Shown: piece after piece, positions 25,865 through 35,756 of the stretch | Layout: every line of letters begins with the position of its first letter | Position numbering within the stretch: the stretch's first letter is position 1 | DNA from: a virus | Taxonomy: Duplodnaviria; Caudoviricetes | Strand: one strand, 5' to 3' | DNA length: 44,810 nt | IMG/VR virus record: IMGVR_UViG_3300017658_000253 | Location: 1 to 44,810 of that record | Made by a program: the position numbers and the translations under genes | Notes under the pieces: model-generated | Seen by the model: only the letters and a program-made list of their open reading frames with translations | Told to the model about the DNA's origin: nothing | The model's database searches: none

Positions 25865-27901
25865 ATGCCCGAGACCACCATGCCCGCGCCGGTATCGCTG
25901 CCGATGCAGACGCGGCGAGAACCCATCCTGCCCGCGAGCGTCGATGTCGGGACCCGCTCCGTCGACGTCGTCTTCACCACCGGCGCCCCGGTCAGACGAC
26001 GGCGCTGGACCGGCTGGGACAGCTCCGTTCCCTTCGACGAGATCCTCGAGGTCAGCGAAGGCGCGATCGATCTGTCGCGGCTGAATGCCGGGGCACCCGC
26101 ACTCGACAGCCATTCGGTCTGGTCCTCGCATTCGCAGGTCGGCGTGGTCGAACGCGCCTGGATCGAGGGCAAGGAAGGCAAGGCCACCATCCGCTTTCCG
26201 CGCGAGGGGCTCGATCAGGCCGCCGATCGCATGTTCGGCCTGATCAGCGACGGCATCATCCGCAATGTCTCGGTCGGCTATTCCATCGACCGGGTGAAGG
26301 TGGTCGAACCCGCCAGCCGCGACGAGGTCGAGCGCCGCATCGTCGAGCGCTGGACCCCGCTCGAGGTCAGTTTCGTCACCGTCCCGGCCGATCCCCAGGC
26401 GCAGGTCCGCGCCGCGGATCAGGCCAGCTATCCCATCCAGTTCATCGAGACCCGCTCGCAAAAGGAGGCATCCATGCCCGAGACCACGACCGTTGCCGCG
26501 GGACATGATCCCGCAACCAACTCGACCCACCAGCAGCCGGGTGCTGCGGTGATCGAAACCCGCGCCGCAGAAACCGGCAACCAAACGCAGGCAACTCCCG
26601 CGCCCGATCCCGAGGCCGTCGCGACCCGCGCCCGCGAGGCCGAACGCGAGCGCGTCTCCACCATCTACGATCTGGCCGGGCGCCTGAGCCTCGAGCGCGG
26701 CTTTGCCGAGGATCTGGTGCAACGCGGTACCGGGCTCGATGAAGCGCGCCGCCTGATCCTCGATCAGGTCGCCGCCAAATCCGAGGAGGTCCGGACCTTC
26801 AGCCAGGTCTCGATCCCGCTTGGCGGTCGCGATGAGCAGATCACGCGCCGCGATGCCGTGGCCAATGCGCTGCTCCACCGCTACAGCCCGACGCTCTTCC
26901 CGCTTGAGGATGCGGCGCGGCAATATCGCGGCATGACGCTTCTGGAACTCGCCCGCGAAAGCCTCGGCAATGCCGGCACCTCCACCCGCGGCCTGTCCCG
27001 CGACGAGGTGGCGACGCGCGCCCTGCATTCGACCTCGGATTTCCCCGAGATCCTGGCGGCCGTCACCAACAAGACCCTGCGTCAGGCCTATGACGCCTAT
27101 CCGCGGACCTTCTCGCTCTTCTGCCGTCAGGTGCTGGCGACGGATTTCAAATCCATGCACCGGGTCCAGCTGGGCGAAGCCCCGCAACTCCTGGAAGTGG
27201 GCGAAAGCGGCGAGTTCAAGCGCGGGACGCTCGGCGAGAGCAAGGAAAGCTACCGCGTGAAGACCTATGGCCGGGTCGTCGCCATCACCCGCCAGGTGCT
27301 GATCAATGACGATCTCGATGCCTTCACCCGGATCCCGGCGATGTATGGCAACTCCATCGCCCAGCTGGAATCGGACGTGGTCTGGGGCATCATCACCGCG
27401 AACCCGGCCATGGCCGATGGCACCGCGCTCTTCCATGCCAATCACAAGAACCTGGCCGCTACCGGCTCGGCGCTGGCGGTCGATGCCGTGGGCGCCGCCC
27501 GTGCGGCCATGGCGAAACAGACCGGGCTCGACAAGAAGACGGTGCTGAACATCCGCCCCGCCTTCCTGATCGTGCCTGCCGCGCTGGAACTGAAGGCCGA
27601 GCAGCTGGTCGCCCAGAACCTCGTCCCCGCTGCGACCTCCAGCGTGGTGCCGCAGTCGATCCGCACGCTCTCGCCGATCAGCGAGCCGCGCCTCGATGCC
27701 GCCAGCGCCACCGCCTGGTATCTGGCCGCGAGCCCGAACCAGATCGACACCATCGAGTACGCCTATCTCGAGGGCCAGCAGGGCGCCTACATCGAGACGC
27801 GCAACGGCTTCGACGTCGACGGGGTCGAGATCAAGTGCCGCCTCGACTTCGGCGCCAAGGCCATCGACTGGCGCGGTCTCTACAAGAACCCGGGCGCGTA
27901 A
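25865..27901 (+). CDS. Prohead protease / scaffold / major capsid fusion
   Basis: LDSH, NVSVGY, EVSFVTVPAD protease motifs; capsid motifs STSDFP, TYGRVVAITRQ, RLDFGAKAIDWRG. Confidence 0.93.
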   Translation: MPETTMPAPVSLPMQTRREPILPASVDVGTRSVDVVFTTGAPVRRRRWTGWDSSVPFDEILEVSEGAIDLSRLNAGAPALDSHSVWSSHSQVGVVERAWIEGKEGKATIRFPREGLDQAADRMFGLISDGIIRNVSVGYSIDRVKVVEPASRDEVERRIVERWTPLEVSFVTVPADPQAQVRAADQASYPIQFIETRSQKEASMPETTTVAAGHDPATNSTHQQPGAAVIETRAAETGNQTQATPAPDPEAVATRAREAERERVSTIYDLAGRLSLERGFAEDLVQRGTGLDEARRLILDQVAAKSEEVRTFSQVSIPLGGRDEQITRRDAVANALLHRYSPTLFPLEDAARQYRGMTLLELARESLGNAGTSTRGLSRDEVATRALHSTSDFPEILAAVTNKTLRQAYDAYPRTFSLFCRQVLATDFKSMHRVQLGEAPQLLEVGESGEFKRGTLGESKESYRVKTYGRVVAITRQVLINDDLDAFTRIPAMYGNSIAQLESDVVWGIITANPAMADGTALFHANHKNLAATGSALAVDAVGAARAAMAKQTGLDKKTVLNIRPAFLIVPAALELKAEQLVAQNLVPAATSSVVPQSIRTLSPISEPRLDAASATAWYLAASPNQIDTIEYAYLEGQQGAYIETRNGFDVDGVEIKCRLDFGAKAIDWRGLYKNPGA

Positions 27902-27928
27902 GTCGCGCTTCTTGAACCCCGACACGCG

Positions 27929-27960
27929 GGCGGTCCTGACGGGCCGCCTTTCGTCTTTCC
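27929..27960 (+). terminator. Hairpin/terminator after the capsid gene
   Basis: GGCGGTCC-TGAC-GGGCCGCC followed by TTTCGTCTTT. Confidence 0.5.
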
Positions 27961-27975
27961 ACGAGGATCCCCATC

Positions 27976-28311
27976 ATGAAAAACTACGTCCAGCCCGGCA
28001 ACACCATCACCCTGACCGCGCCCTATGCCCTCGCCTCCGGCGACGGCCTGCTCGTCGGCTCGATCTTCGGCATCGCGGCTGGCACCGCCGCCCTCGGCGA
28101 GCCCGTCGAGACCGCGCTCATCGGCGTCTTCGACATCACAAAGGTCGGCTCCCAGGCCTGGACCGCGGGTGCCAGGATCTACTGGGACGATACCAACAAG
28201 CGCACCACCAACGTGGCCACCTCGAACACGCTGATCGGTGTCGCCACCGAGGCAGTCGCGGGCGGGGCCGGAGACACCATCGGCAGAGTGCGGCTCAACG
28301 GGGCGTTCTGA
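27976..28311 (+). CDS. DUF2190 family head decoration protein
   Basis: MKNYVQPG...GVF...IYWD...IGVA...VRLNG. Confidence 0.9.
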   Translation: MKNYVQPGNTITLTAPYALASGDGLLVGSIFGIAAGTAALGEPVETALIGVFDITKVGSQAWTAGARIYWDDTNKRTTNVATSNTLIGVATEAVAGGAGDTIGRVRLNGAF

Positions 28312-28622
28312 TGAGCGCCTTCGCCGCCGCCGTTGGCGCGCTCTTCTCCGATCCGAACATCGGCCGGGATGCGGTCTACACGCCCGAGGGCGGCGCGCCC
28401 GTTCTGGTGCGCGTCGTCGCCCGGCGCGCGGACGCGGTTACGGATTTCGGCGATGCAAGGATCTGGTCCGAGACCACGCGCGTGGATCTGCAGGTGGCCG
28501 AGGTGGCGAACCCGCGCCCCGGCGACAGGGTCGAGATCGACAGCGAAGCCTTCCTCATTCAAAGCGAGCCAGTTCGCGACCGCGAGCAGCTCGTCTGGAC
28601 TGTCGATCTGAGGCCCGCGTGA
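28311..28622 (+). CDS. Head-tail joining/closure protein
   Basis: TGATG coupling; PRPGDRVEI...PVRDREQLVW; position in the module. Confidence 0.8.
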   Translation: MSAFAAAVGALFSDPNIGRDAVYTPEGGAPVLVRVVARRADAVTDFGDARIWSETTRVDLQVAEVANPRPGDRVEIDSEAFLIQSEPVRDREQLVWTVDLRPA

Positions 28623-29251
28623 AACTGAAGCTCGACATCGATCCCGACATCGTCGCGATGATGCAAGCCGAGGTCGCGACGGGCGAACGCGCCGTGACCG
28701 CTGCCATGCGCAAGGCTGGAACCGGGCTGAAGGCCGCGTGGCGCTTGCAGGTCACCGGCGCAGGGCTTGGCGCACGGCTCGCCAACACGATCCGCAGCCA
28801 GACGTTTCCGAGGTCTGGCGAGAGCCTCGACGCAGCAGCGCTCGTCTGGTCCCAGGCCCCGGTCATCGTCGGCGCGCATGACACCGGCCCGCTGATCCGC
28901 TCGAAGAACGGGTTCTGGCTGGCGATCCCGCTACCCGCGGCAGGCAAGTCGCTGCGCGGCGGCCGGATCACCCCAGGCGAATGGGAACGGCGTCGCGGGT
29001 TGCGCCTGCGCTTCGTCTATCGCCGGACGGGCCCGAGCCTGCTGGTGGCCGAAGGACGGCTGAACACCAAAGGCCAAGCGGTCGTGTCGCGATCAAAGAC
29101 CGGGCGCGGCAAGGTCACCGCGCCGATTTTCCTGCTGGTGCCGCAGGTGAAGCTGCCGAAACGGCTCGACCTCGCGCGGGATGCAGATCGGGCACTGGAC
29201 AGCGTGCCGGGGCTGATCGTGGCGAACTGGGTGGACGGCAAATTCGGATAG
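28619..29251 (+). CDS. DUF6441 family protein (putative tail completion/neck)
   Basis: GTGA overlap; WLAIPL, PIFLLVPQVKLPKRL. Confidence 0.8.
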   Translation: MKLKLDIDPDIVAMMQAEVATGERAVTAAMRKAGTGLKAAWRLQVTGAGLGARLANTIRSQTFPRSGESLDAAALVWSQAPVIVGAHDTGPLIRSKNGFWLAIPLPAAGKSLRGGRITPGEWERRRGLRLRFVYRRTGPSLLVAEGRLNTKGQAVVSRSKTGRGKVTAPIFLLVPQVKLPKRLDLARDADRALDSVPGLIVANWVDGKFG

Positions 29252-30598
29252 CTACCCGACGTGGACCGTAACGTCATAGCCCAGAGACTTGAGAGATTTC
29301 GACGTTCGCCCGTTCCGAGGTGGGAAGCGATCCGGTAGCGCCCACCCCACGAGTTCGCCCAGTGCACTGACCCCGAGACCTTCGATTTTCCATTTCGGGT
29401 CATGAAATGCGGTCCAGAGGCGCTCGGGCAACTGTGCCTCCGGACCACCATAGAGGATGAACTTCAAGAGGTGCTTCACGTCGTTGCCGCCTGCGGACTT
29501 GTCGCCCCAAATCCGCATCGAGAGCGCGTCGACCTTTTCCGGTATCGTGTACGTCGTTCCGTCCTCACGAAGACCTACAGCCTTGTTGGCGACGCGTCGC
29601 GCATAGTCCTTGATGGAATGTATGCCCATGCAGATCTCGCGGAAGGCCTCATAGTCCATATCGTCGATGGCCTCGGCAGTGAGCGCCTCACGCAGCATGG
29701 GTGCGGTGGAATTCAACATGACGTCCTCTTCGGACGGGGCCTTGGGCAGATTGCGCCACCAATTGATGGCGTCTGCGAGCGCGGCATCAGGGTTCCGCTT
29801 GTTCTGTTCGAAATGGTCGGCGTAGAGGGCTCTGCGCCCATCGAAGGTGCGCTGGTAGTAGTGTGCATGGAGGAACTGATCGCCCTGAGCGCCTGCAGGC
29901 GCATTGGCGTCGATCCAGGAGGGTCTGTTCTCGGGCTTGCTCACCAAGTTCCCGATATCGCGAAGCTGCTGAAGAGTAGAGTGCCATTCCTCGAGGAATG
30001 CCTCGCGGCGGCGGTCATTGGCCTTCTTCTTCCCGGTCTGCACGAGCCCGGACCACTTGTTGAAACTCGGGCTTTTCCAGAACTCGTCGGAAGGCGGCTC
30101 CGAGCTGGCTAGCTGCTTTGCGCGCTTCAGCATGACAGCGAGTAACTCGTCTGTCAGCGGTGTCGAGTTCCGATCAAGCACAGCGAAGAGTTCAAGGATA
30201 TCTTCTGCCATTTCATCTGTGATCTCGGCCTCGGGAAAGAAGCAGCCGGCCTCGACGTTCTTGTACCAGGCACTCGCAGAGAGGTTCGCGGAGCCGATGT
30301 AGAGGCCGTACTCGCGCCACCAGATTACCTTCGCATGGTGATGCTGAACGAGGCGGCATTGGAAACGGGCCGACTTGCGGGCGAGGAACGAGGACAAGAT
30401 GGAAGGTTTGACCGCGACGCCTTCGTCGAGGCGACCGTAATACTTGAGCGGAATGCCGTTGTTCCAACACCAGTCAAATAGAAGATCCATTTCGGTCGCG
30501 TACGCGACCGCTGCCAGAACCTCCTGCGTCTCAGCGGCCGCGTTCAGCGTGATGTTGGTGAGATAGTTCCCGTTTATGCCGCCCATCATCAGTTGCAT
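29252..30598 (-). CDS. Phospholipase D-family nuclease-like protein (moron, putative defence)
   Basis: HHAKV...YIGSANLS...NVEAG single PLD motif; antisense to the late operon; lower GC. Confidence 0.8.
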   Translation of the reverse strand: MQLMMGGINGNYLTNITLNAAAETQEVLAAVAYATEMDLLFDWCWNNGIPLKYYGRLDEGVAVKPSILSSFLARKSARFQCRLVQHHHAKVIWWREYGLYIGSANLSASAWYKNVEAGCFFPEAEITDEMAEDILELFAVLDRNSTPLTDELLAVMLKRAKQLASSEPPSDEFWKSPSFNKWSGLVQTGKKKANDRRREAFLEEWHSTLQQLRDIGNLVSKPENRPSWIDANAPAGAQGDQFLHAHYYQRTFDGRRALYADHFEQNKRNPDAALADAINWWRNLPKAPSEEDVMLNSTAPMLREALTAEAIDDMDYEAFREICMGIHSIKDYARRVANKAVGLREDGTTYTIPEKVDALSMRIWGDKSAGGNDVKHLLKFILYGGPEAQLPERLWTAFHDPKWKIEGLGVSALGELVGWALPDRFPPRNGRTSKSLKSLGYDVTVHVG

Positions 30599-30651
30599 CG
30601 TAATCTCGTCGATTTGGTTTGCTTTTCGACACCTTAGACGAAAGCGCGGAT

Positions 30652-31071
30652 ATGCCCACCCCACGCGAAACCATCCTCGCCGCGCTGCACGCGCGGCTTT
30701 CGGCGTTGCCCGTCACCGCCCTGCGTGGCGAGGTGCTGCCCGAGCGCGTGCCAGCCGAGGGCCTGCTGATCCTGCGCGACGGCGAGCCAGGGGAGCCCGA
30801 GGTCACGTTGTCGCCGCTGACCTACCACTACCAGCACCGAGTCGAGATCGAGGCCGTTGTGCAGGGCGCCGACCGTGACGCCGCCTTCGACACGCTGACC
30901 GCCAGCATCGGCGCGGCGCTCGCGGCCGACCGCACGCTCGGCGGCCTCTGCGACTGGGTCGAGGCGGAAGCGCCGAGGCCAGTCGATCTGCCGGTCGACG
31001 GCGCGGCCAGCCTGAAGGCGGCCGTGATCCCGGTCGTCCTTCACTACACCACGGCCGACCCGCTCGGCTGA
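30652..31071 (+). CDS. Putative tail terminator protein
   Basis: MPTPRETIL...ADRTLGGLCD...Y; directly upstream of the tail tube gene. Confidence 0.75.
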   Translation: MPTPRETILAALHARLSALPVTALRGEVLPERVPAEGLLILRDGEPGEPEVTLSPLTYHYQHRVEIEAVVQGADRDAAFDTLTASIGAALAADRTLGGLCDWVEAEAPRPVDLPVDGAASLKAAVIPVVLHYTTADPLG

Positions 31072-31095
31072 CCCCGACAACCCGAGGAGAACACC

Positions 31096-32034
31096 ATGGC
31101 ACGAGCCCAAGGGGCGCGGGCGCAGATGGCGCTTGCGTTCGAGACTGTCTACGGTACGCCGCCCGCAGGCGGCTTCACGAAGCTGCCCTTCGCCAGCACC
31201 ACGCTCGGCGCGGAGCAGCCGCTACTGAACTCCGAGCTGCTCGGCTATGGCCGCGATCCGCTGGCGCCGATCAAGGACGCAGTGACGGCCGACGGCGATG
31301 TCGTGGTGCCGCTCGACGCCGAGGCTTTCGGCTTCTGGCTGAAGGCGGCCTTCGGGGCGCCGACGACGACCGGCACCGGCCCCTGGACGCACGAGTTCCA
31401 GTCGGGTGCCTGGACCCTGCCGAGCCTCTCCATCGAGACCGGCATGCCCGAGGTGCCGCGCTACGCCATGTATTCCGGTTGCGTGCTCGACCAGATCACC
31501 TGGCAAATGCAGCGCTCGGGGCTGCTGACCGCCACGGCGCGCTTGGTTGCGCAGGGCGAAACGGTCGGCACGACCACCAGCGCCGGCACGCCCGCCGCGC
31601 TGGAGCTGAAGCGCTTCGGCCATTTCAACGGGTCGATCACTCGGAACGGCACTGCCCTCGGCAATGTGGTCTCTGTCGACATCACCTACGCCAACAACCT
31701 CGACCGGATCGAAACCATCCGCTCGGACGGGCGCATCGATGGCGCAGACCCGTCCATCGCGGCGCTCACCGGCTCCATCGAGGTGCGTTTCGCCGACAGC
31801 ACACTGGTGACGCAGGCGATCAATGGCGATCCGTGCGAGCTCGAGTTCGCCTACGTCCTGCCGTCCGGCGAGAGCTTCACCTTCACCGTGCACGCCGTCT
31901 ATCTGCCGCGCCCCCGGATCGAGATTTCCGGGCCGCAGGGCGTGCAGGCAACCTTCGACTGGCAGGCTACCCGCGACGGCGTCGTCGGCCGGATGTGTAC
32001 GGCAACCCTCGTGAACGATGTGGAGACCTACTGA
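31096..32034 (+). CDS. Tail tube (major tail) protein
   Basis: GAGGAG RBS; FETVYG..P, LPSLSIE, GPQGVQATFDWQA. Confidence 0.88.
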   Translation: MARAQGARAQMALAFETVYGTPPAGGFTKLPFASTTLGAEQPLLNSELLGYGRDPLAPIKDAVTADGDVVVPLDAEAFGFWLKAAFGAPTTTGTGPWTHEFQSGAWTLPSLSIETGMPEVPRYAMYSGCVLDQITWQMQRSGLLTATARLVAQGETVGTTTSAGTPAALELKRFGHFNGSITRNGTALGNVVSVDITYANNLDRIETIRSDGRIDGADPSIAALTGSIEVRFADSTLVTQAINGDPCELEFAYVLPSGESFTFTVHAVYLPRPRIEISGPQGVQATFDWQATRDGVVGRMCTATLVNDVETY

Positions 32035-32471
32035 TGCTGACGCTTGACCTGACCAACGCGCCGCGTTGGCACGACCTCGCCACCGGCGTACGGGTGCAAC
32101 TCCGCCCGTTGACCACTGCGCTGATGGTGGCGACCCGCAGCGATCCGGCCGTCGAGGCGGTGCCCGAGGAGGCTTCCGACGAAGAGCGGGCCGTCGCCTT
32201 CGCCAAGGCTCTCGCGCGGCGGGCGGTGCTCGCTTGGGAGGGCATTGGCGATGCGGACGGCAAGCCGATCGATCCCAGCCCTGACGCAATTGATGCGCTG
32301 CTCGACGTCTGGCCGATCTTCGAGGCCTTCCAGCTGACCTACGTCTCCAAAGGCCTGCTTCTGGAACAGGAAAAAAACGCCTCCGCGCTCTCGCCGAATG
32401 GTCCTTCGGCGGGGGCGACCGATACTGCGACGCCTGCGCGCAAGCCTGCCCAGACTGCCCGGCGCGGCTGA
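32034..32471 (+). CDS. Tail assembly chaperone (G-like)
   Basis: Between tube and tape measure; WEGIGDADG; contains the slippery site A AAA AAC. Confidence 0.85.
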   Translation: MLTLDLTNAPRWHDLATGVRVQLRPLTTALMVATRSDPAVEAVPEEASDEERAVAFAKALARRAVLAWEGIGDADGKPIDPSPDAIDALLDVWPIFEAFQLTYVSKGLLLEQEKNASALSPNGPSAGATDTATPARKPAQTARRG

Positions 32472-32698
32472 ACCGTCCGGAAACACCGGAGGGTTGGCAG
32501 GTCTGGGACCTCGTCGGTCGCCTTGGTGGGCAGCTCCGCGTGCTGCCCGGCGCCGTGATCGGCTGGGATATGTCGGCCGCGCTCGCGCTCGGTGACGCCC
32601 TCGGCGTACCGCCGCTCGTCACGGCCGAACTGCTGCCCGTCATCGAGGCGGTGATGGTCGCAAAACTCAACGAACAGATGGATCACTCCCATGGCTGA
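32372..32698 (+). CDS. -1 frameshift extension of the tail chaperone (GT-like)
   Basis: The -1 frame from AAAAAAC reads RLRALAEWSFGGGDRYCDACAQACPDCP...MDHSHG to TGA at 32696-32698, overlapping the tape measure start. Confidence 0.8.
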   Translation, partial: KKRLRALAEWSFGGGDRYCDACAQACPDCPARLNRPETPEGWQVWDLVGRLGGQLRVLPGAVIGWDMSAALALGDALGVPPLVTAELLPVIEAVMVAKLNEQMDHSHG

Positions 32699-35126
32699 GA
32701 AGAGGGTCAGCGTCCGCCTCGCGGCCGTGGGCGGGCGACAGGTTCGCGCCGAGTTGGAAGGCGTGGGCGAGGCCGGGTCGCGTGGCTTCGGAAGGCTGAG
32801 CCGGGAGATGGAGGCTGCGAACGCCCGGCTCGCGGCTTTCTCACGCCGGGTCCGGGTTGCGGCGGCCGCCGCCGTGGCGGCTGCCGCGGCTGCTGGCGTG
32901 GCGATGATCCGCTCCGGGCTGCAGACGGTCGATGCGCAGGCCAAGCTCGCGCAGTCCCTCGGCACCACCGTCGCCTCGATCCAGACGCTGGAGCGTGCGG
33001 GCGAACTGGCGGGCGTCTCCATGTCCGGCATCGAGCAGGCGACGAAGGATCTGACGCGCCGTCTCAGCCAGGCGGCCGCCGGGACTGGCCCTGCCGCTGA
33101 TGCGCTGGACCGGCTTGGCCTTTCCGCCACCGACCTGATTGCGCTGCCGCTGGATCAGCGGGTCGGCGCGATCAACGCCGCCATCGAGGACTTCGTGCCT
33201 GCCGCCGAGCGCGCAGCTGTCGCCGGGCAGCTCTTCGGCGAGGAAGGCTCCATCGCGATGTCACGGATCGACACCGCGACGCTGCGCCAGGCGACGGAGG
33301 ACGTGCTTGCCTTCGGTGTCGTGGTCTCCGAACAGGATGCCGATCAGATCGAGCGGACGAACGACGCCATCTCAAGGCTGGGGCTGATCTGGCGCGGGCT
33401 GTCGAACCAGCTGGCCGTTGCTGCCGCCCCGGCCCTCGAGGCGGTCGCCAATGCCATGGCGGCCATCGCCAGCCGTACCGGGCCACTCGGCATCGCCATT
33501 CGCGGCCTTTTCGACAATATCGGCCGCCTGACCACCTATGCCGTAACCTTCGCGACCTTCCTCGCGGGCCGCTGGGTCGCCGGGCTGGCCGCTGCCGCGC
33601 TCTCGGTCCGTGGGTTCGCCACCGCGCTCGTCGTGCTGCGCGGGGCTCTGATCCGCACCGGCATCGGCGCTCTGATCGTCGGCGTCGGCGAGCTGATCTA
33701 TCAGCTTTCCCAGCTCGTCGCCCGCGTGGGCGGGGTCGGCGAAGCCTTGCGGCTGCTCTCCGATCTGGCCTCCGAGGTCTGGTCGCGCATCGGGCTCGCG
33801 CTCGACGCCGCGCTGGCCCGCATGGCGGCGGGATGGGAAGGGCTGAAGGCCGCCGCGCTCTCGGCGCTCGACGGAACCGTCGCGGGCGTCGTGGGGTTCG
33901 GGGACCGCACTGTCGCGATCTTCCAGGGCGCCTATGACGGCGCCGTGGCGATCTGGGGCAGCCTGCCGGGCGCCATCGGCGATTTCGCCTACCAGGCCGC
34001 GAACGGGTTGATTGGCGGGGTCGAGGCGATGCTGAACGGTGTCGTCACCCGCATCAACAGCTTCATCGAGACCCTGAACGCCGCGCTGGCCCTGCTGCCC
34101 GAATGGGCGACCGGCGAAGGCGGCGTGCGGATCGGCACGCTCGACGCGGTGGACCTGAGCCGGATCGACAATCCGTTCGAGGGGGCCGCGACGGCGGCGG
34201 GTACTGCAGCAGCCGATGCGTTTTCGGCGGCGCTCGCCCGGACCTACATTGCTCCGCCCGATCTCGGGCTCGGCGCCATGGCGGAGGAAGCGCGCGCCCG
34301 TGCCGATGCCTATCGCGAGGCTACGGGCATGCTGACCGATGCCGCGACCCGGCCGCTTGCTGCCTGGCAGGCGCTGAAGGATGCCGTCGCCGGGTCCGGC
34401 ACGGAGGCCGAAACCGCGTTGACGGATGCCGCGAACTCCGCCGATGCACTGGCGGCCGGGCTCGACGACACCGCTGCCGCGGCCAATGGCGCCGGAGGTG
34501 CTGCCCGTGATGCCGGTACCGCCGCTGGCGAAGGTGCCGGGCGTGCGCTGACCGGCTGGCAGGCCGTGACGGCGGCGCTCTCGGACTATGCCAGCCGGGC
34601 ACGAGAGATCGGGGGCGATATCGGCCAGAGCCTTGTCAGCGCGTTTCAGTCGGCCGAGGACGCGGTCGGGGAATTCGTGAAGACCGGCAAGCTGAACTTC
34701 CGCGATCTGGTGACCTCGCTGATCGCCGATCTGGCGAAGCTGGCGGCGCGGCGGTTCATCCTTGGTCCCATCGCCAATGCGCTCTCGGGCGCGCTCGGCG
34801 GCGCGGGTGGGATCTTCGCCAACATCCTGCACGCGGGCGGCATGGTTGGCTCGTCCGGCCCCTCGCGCATGGTCCCGGCCATGGCCTTCGCCGCCGCGCC
34901 CCGCATGCATGGCGGGGGCCTGGCCGGCCTTCGCCACGACGAGGTTCCGGCAATCCTGCAGCGCGGCGAGCGTGTGCTCTCCCGGCGAGAGGCGCAGGGC
35001 TACGGCGCGGCCAGCGGGATCAACGTCACCATCATGGCGCGCGACGCCGAGAGCTTCCGGCAGTCCCGCACGCAGGTCGCGGCGGACATCGCACGGGCGG
35101 TCTCGCTCGGGCGGAGGGGGATGTAA
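32691..35126 (+). CDS. Tail tape measure protein
   Basis: 811 aa, Ala/Gly-rich helical; C-terminal HAGG...EVPAILQRGERVL. Confidence 0.93.
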   Translation: MAEKRVSVRLAAVGGRQVRAELEGVGEAGSRGFGRLSREMEAANARLAAFSRRVRVAAAAAVAAAAAAGVAMIRSGLQTVDAQAKLAQSLGTTVASIQTLERAGELAGVSMSGIEQATKDLTRRLSQAAAGTGPAADALDRLGLSATDLIALPLDQRVGAINAAIEDFVPAAERAAVAGQLFGEEGSIAMSRIDTATLRQATEDVLAFGVVVSEQDADQIERTNDAISRLGLIWRGLSNQLAVAAAPALEAVANAMAAIASRTGPLGIAIRGLFDNIGRLTTYAVTFATFLAGRWVAGLAAAALSVRGFATALVVLRGALIRTGIGALIVGVGELIYQLSQLVARVGGVGEALRLLSDLASEVWSRIGLALDAALARMAAGWEGLKAAALSALDGTVAGVVGFGDRTVAIFQGAYDGAVAIWGSLPGAIGDFAYQAANGLIGGVEAMLNGVVTRINSFIETLNAALALLPEWATGEGGVRIGTLDAVDLSRIDNPFEGAATAAGTAAADAFSAALARTYIAPPDLGLGAMAEEARARADAYREATGMLTDAATRPLAAWQALKDAVAGSGTEAETALTDAANSADALAAGLDDTAAAANGAGGAARDAGTAAGEGAGRALTGWQAVTAALSDYASRAREIGGDIGQSLVSAFQSAEDAVGEFVKTGKLNFRDLVTSLIADLAKLAARRFILGPIANALSGALGGAGGIFANILHAGGMVGSSGPSRMVPAMAFAAAPRMHGGGLAGLRHDEVPAILQRGERVLSRREAQGYGAASGINVTIMARDAESFRQSRTQVAADIARAVSLGRRGM

Positions 35127-35129
35127 GCC

Positions 35130-35756
35130 ATGGCGTTCCATGAGGTCCGGTTCCCGGACAACGTCAGCCGAGGCGCGCGCGGCGGACCTGAGCGGCGCAC
35201 GCAGATCGTCGAACTGGCCTCGGGCGACGAGGAACGCAACGCCAGCTGGGCCAACTCGCGCCGCCGCTACGATGTGGCCTACGGCATTCGCCGCGCCGAC
35301 GATCTGGCGGCGGTCGTCGCCTTCTTCGAGGCCCGCAATGGTCGCCTCCATGGCTTCCGCTTCAAGGATTGGGGCGATCACAAATCCTGCCTGCCCTCGG
35401 GGACACCCGCACCGACAGACCAGGTGATCGGCACCGGTGACGGCACGACGACCGCCTTCCAGCTGGTGAAGCGCTACGCCTCGGGCGGCCAGACATGGGT
35501 GCGGACCATCACCAAGCCGGTCGCGGGCTCGGTCATCGTCGCCCTGAATGGCGCGCCCCAGGCGTCCGGCTGGTCCGTCGATACCACGACCGGCCTCATC
35601 ACCTTCACCACCGCGCCGGGGTCCGGCGTCGCGGTCACCGCAGGCTTCGAGTTCGATGTCGCGGTCCGCTTCGACACCGACGTGCTCGACGTGACGCTCG
35701 ACCTCGAGCGGCTGGGCTCCATCACCTCCATCCCGCTTCTGGAGATCCGACGATGA
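35130..35756 (+). CDS. DUF2460 distal tail protein (GTA-like)
   Basis: FHEVRFP, SGDEERN, FFEARNG, GFRFKDW, FDVAVRFD. Confidence 0.92.
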   Translation: MAFHEVRFPDNVSRGARGGPERRTQIVELASGDEERNASWANSRRRYDVAYGIRRADDLAAVVAFFEARNGRLHGFRFKDWGDHKSCLPSGTPAPTDQVIGTGDGTTTAFQLVKRYASGGQTWVRTITKPVAGSVIVALNGAPQASGWSVDTTTGLITFTTAPGSGVAVTAGFEFDVAVRFDTDVLDVTLDLERLGSITSIPLLEIRR

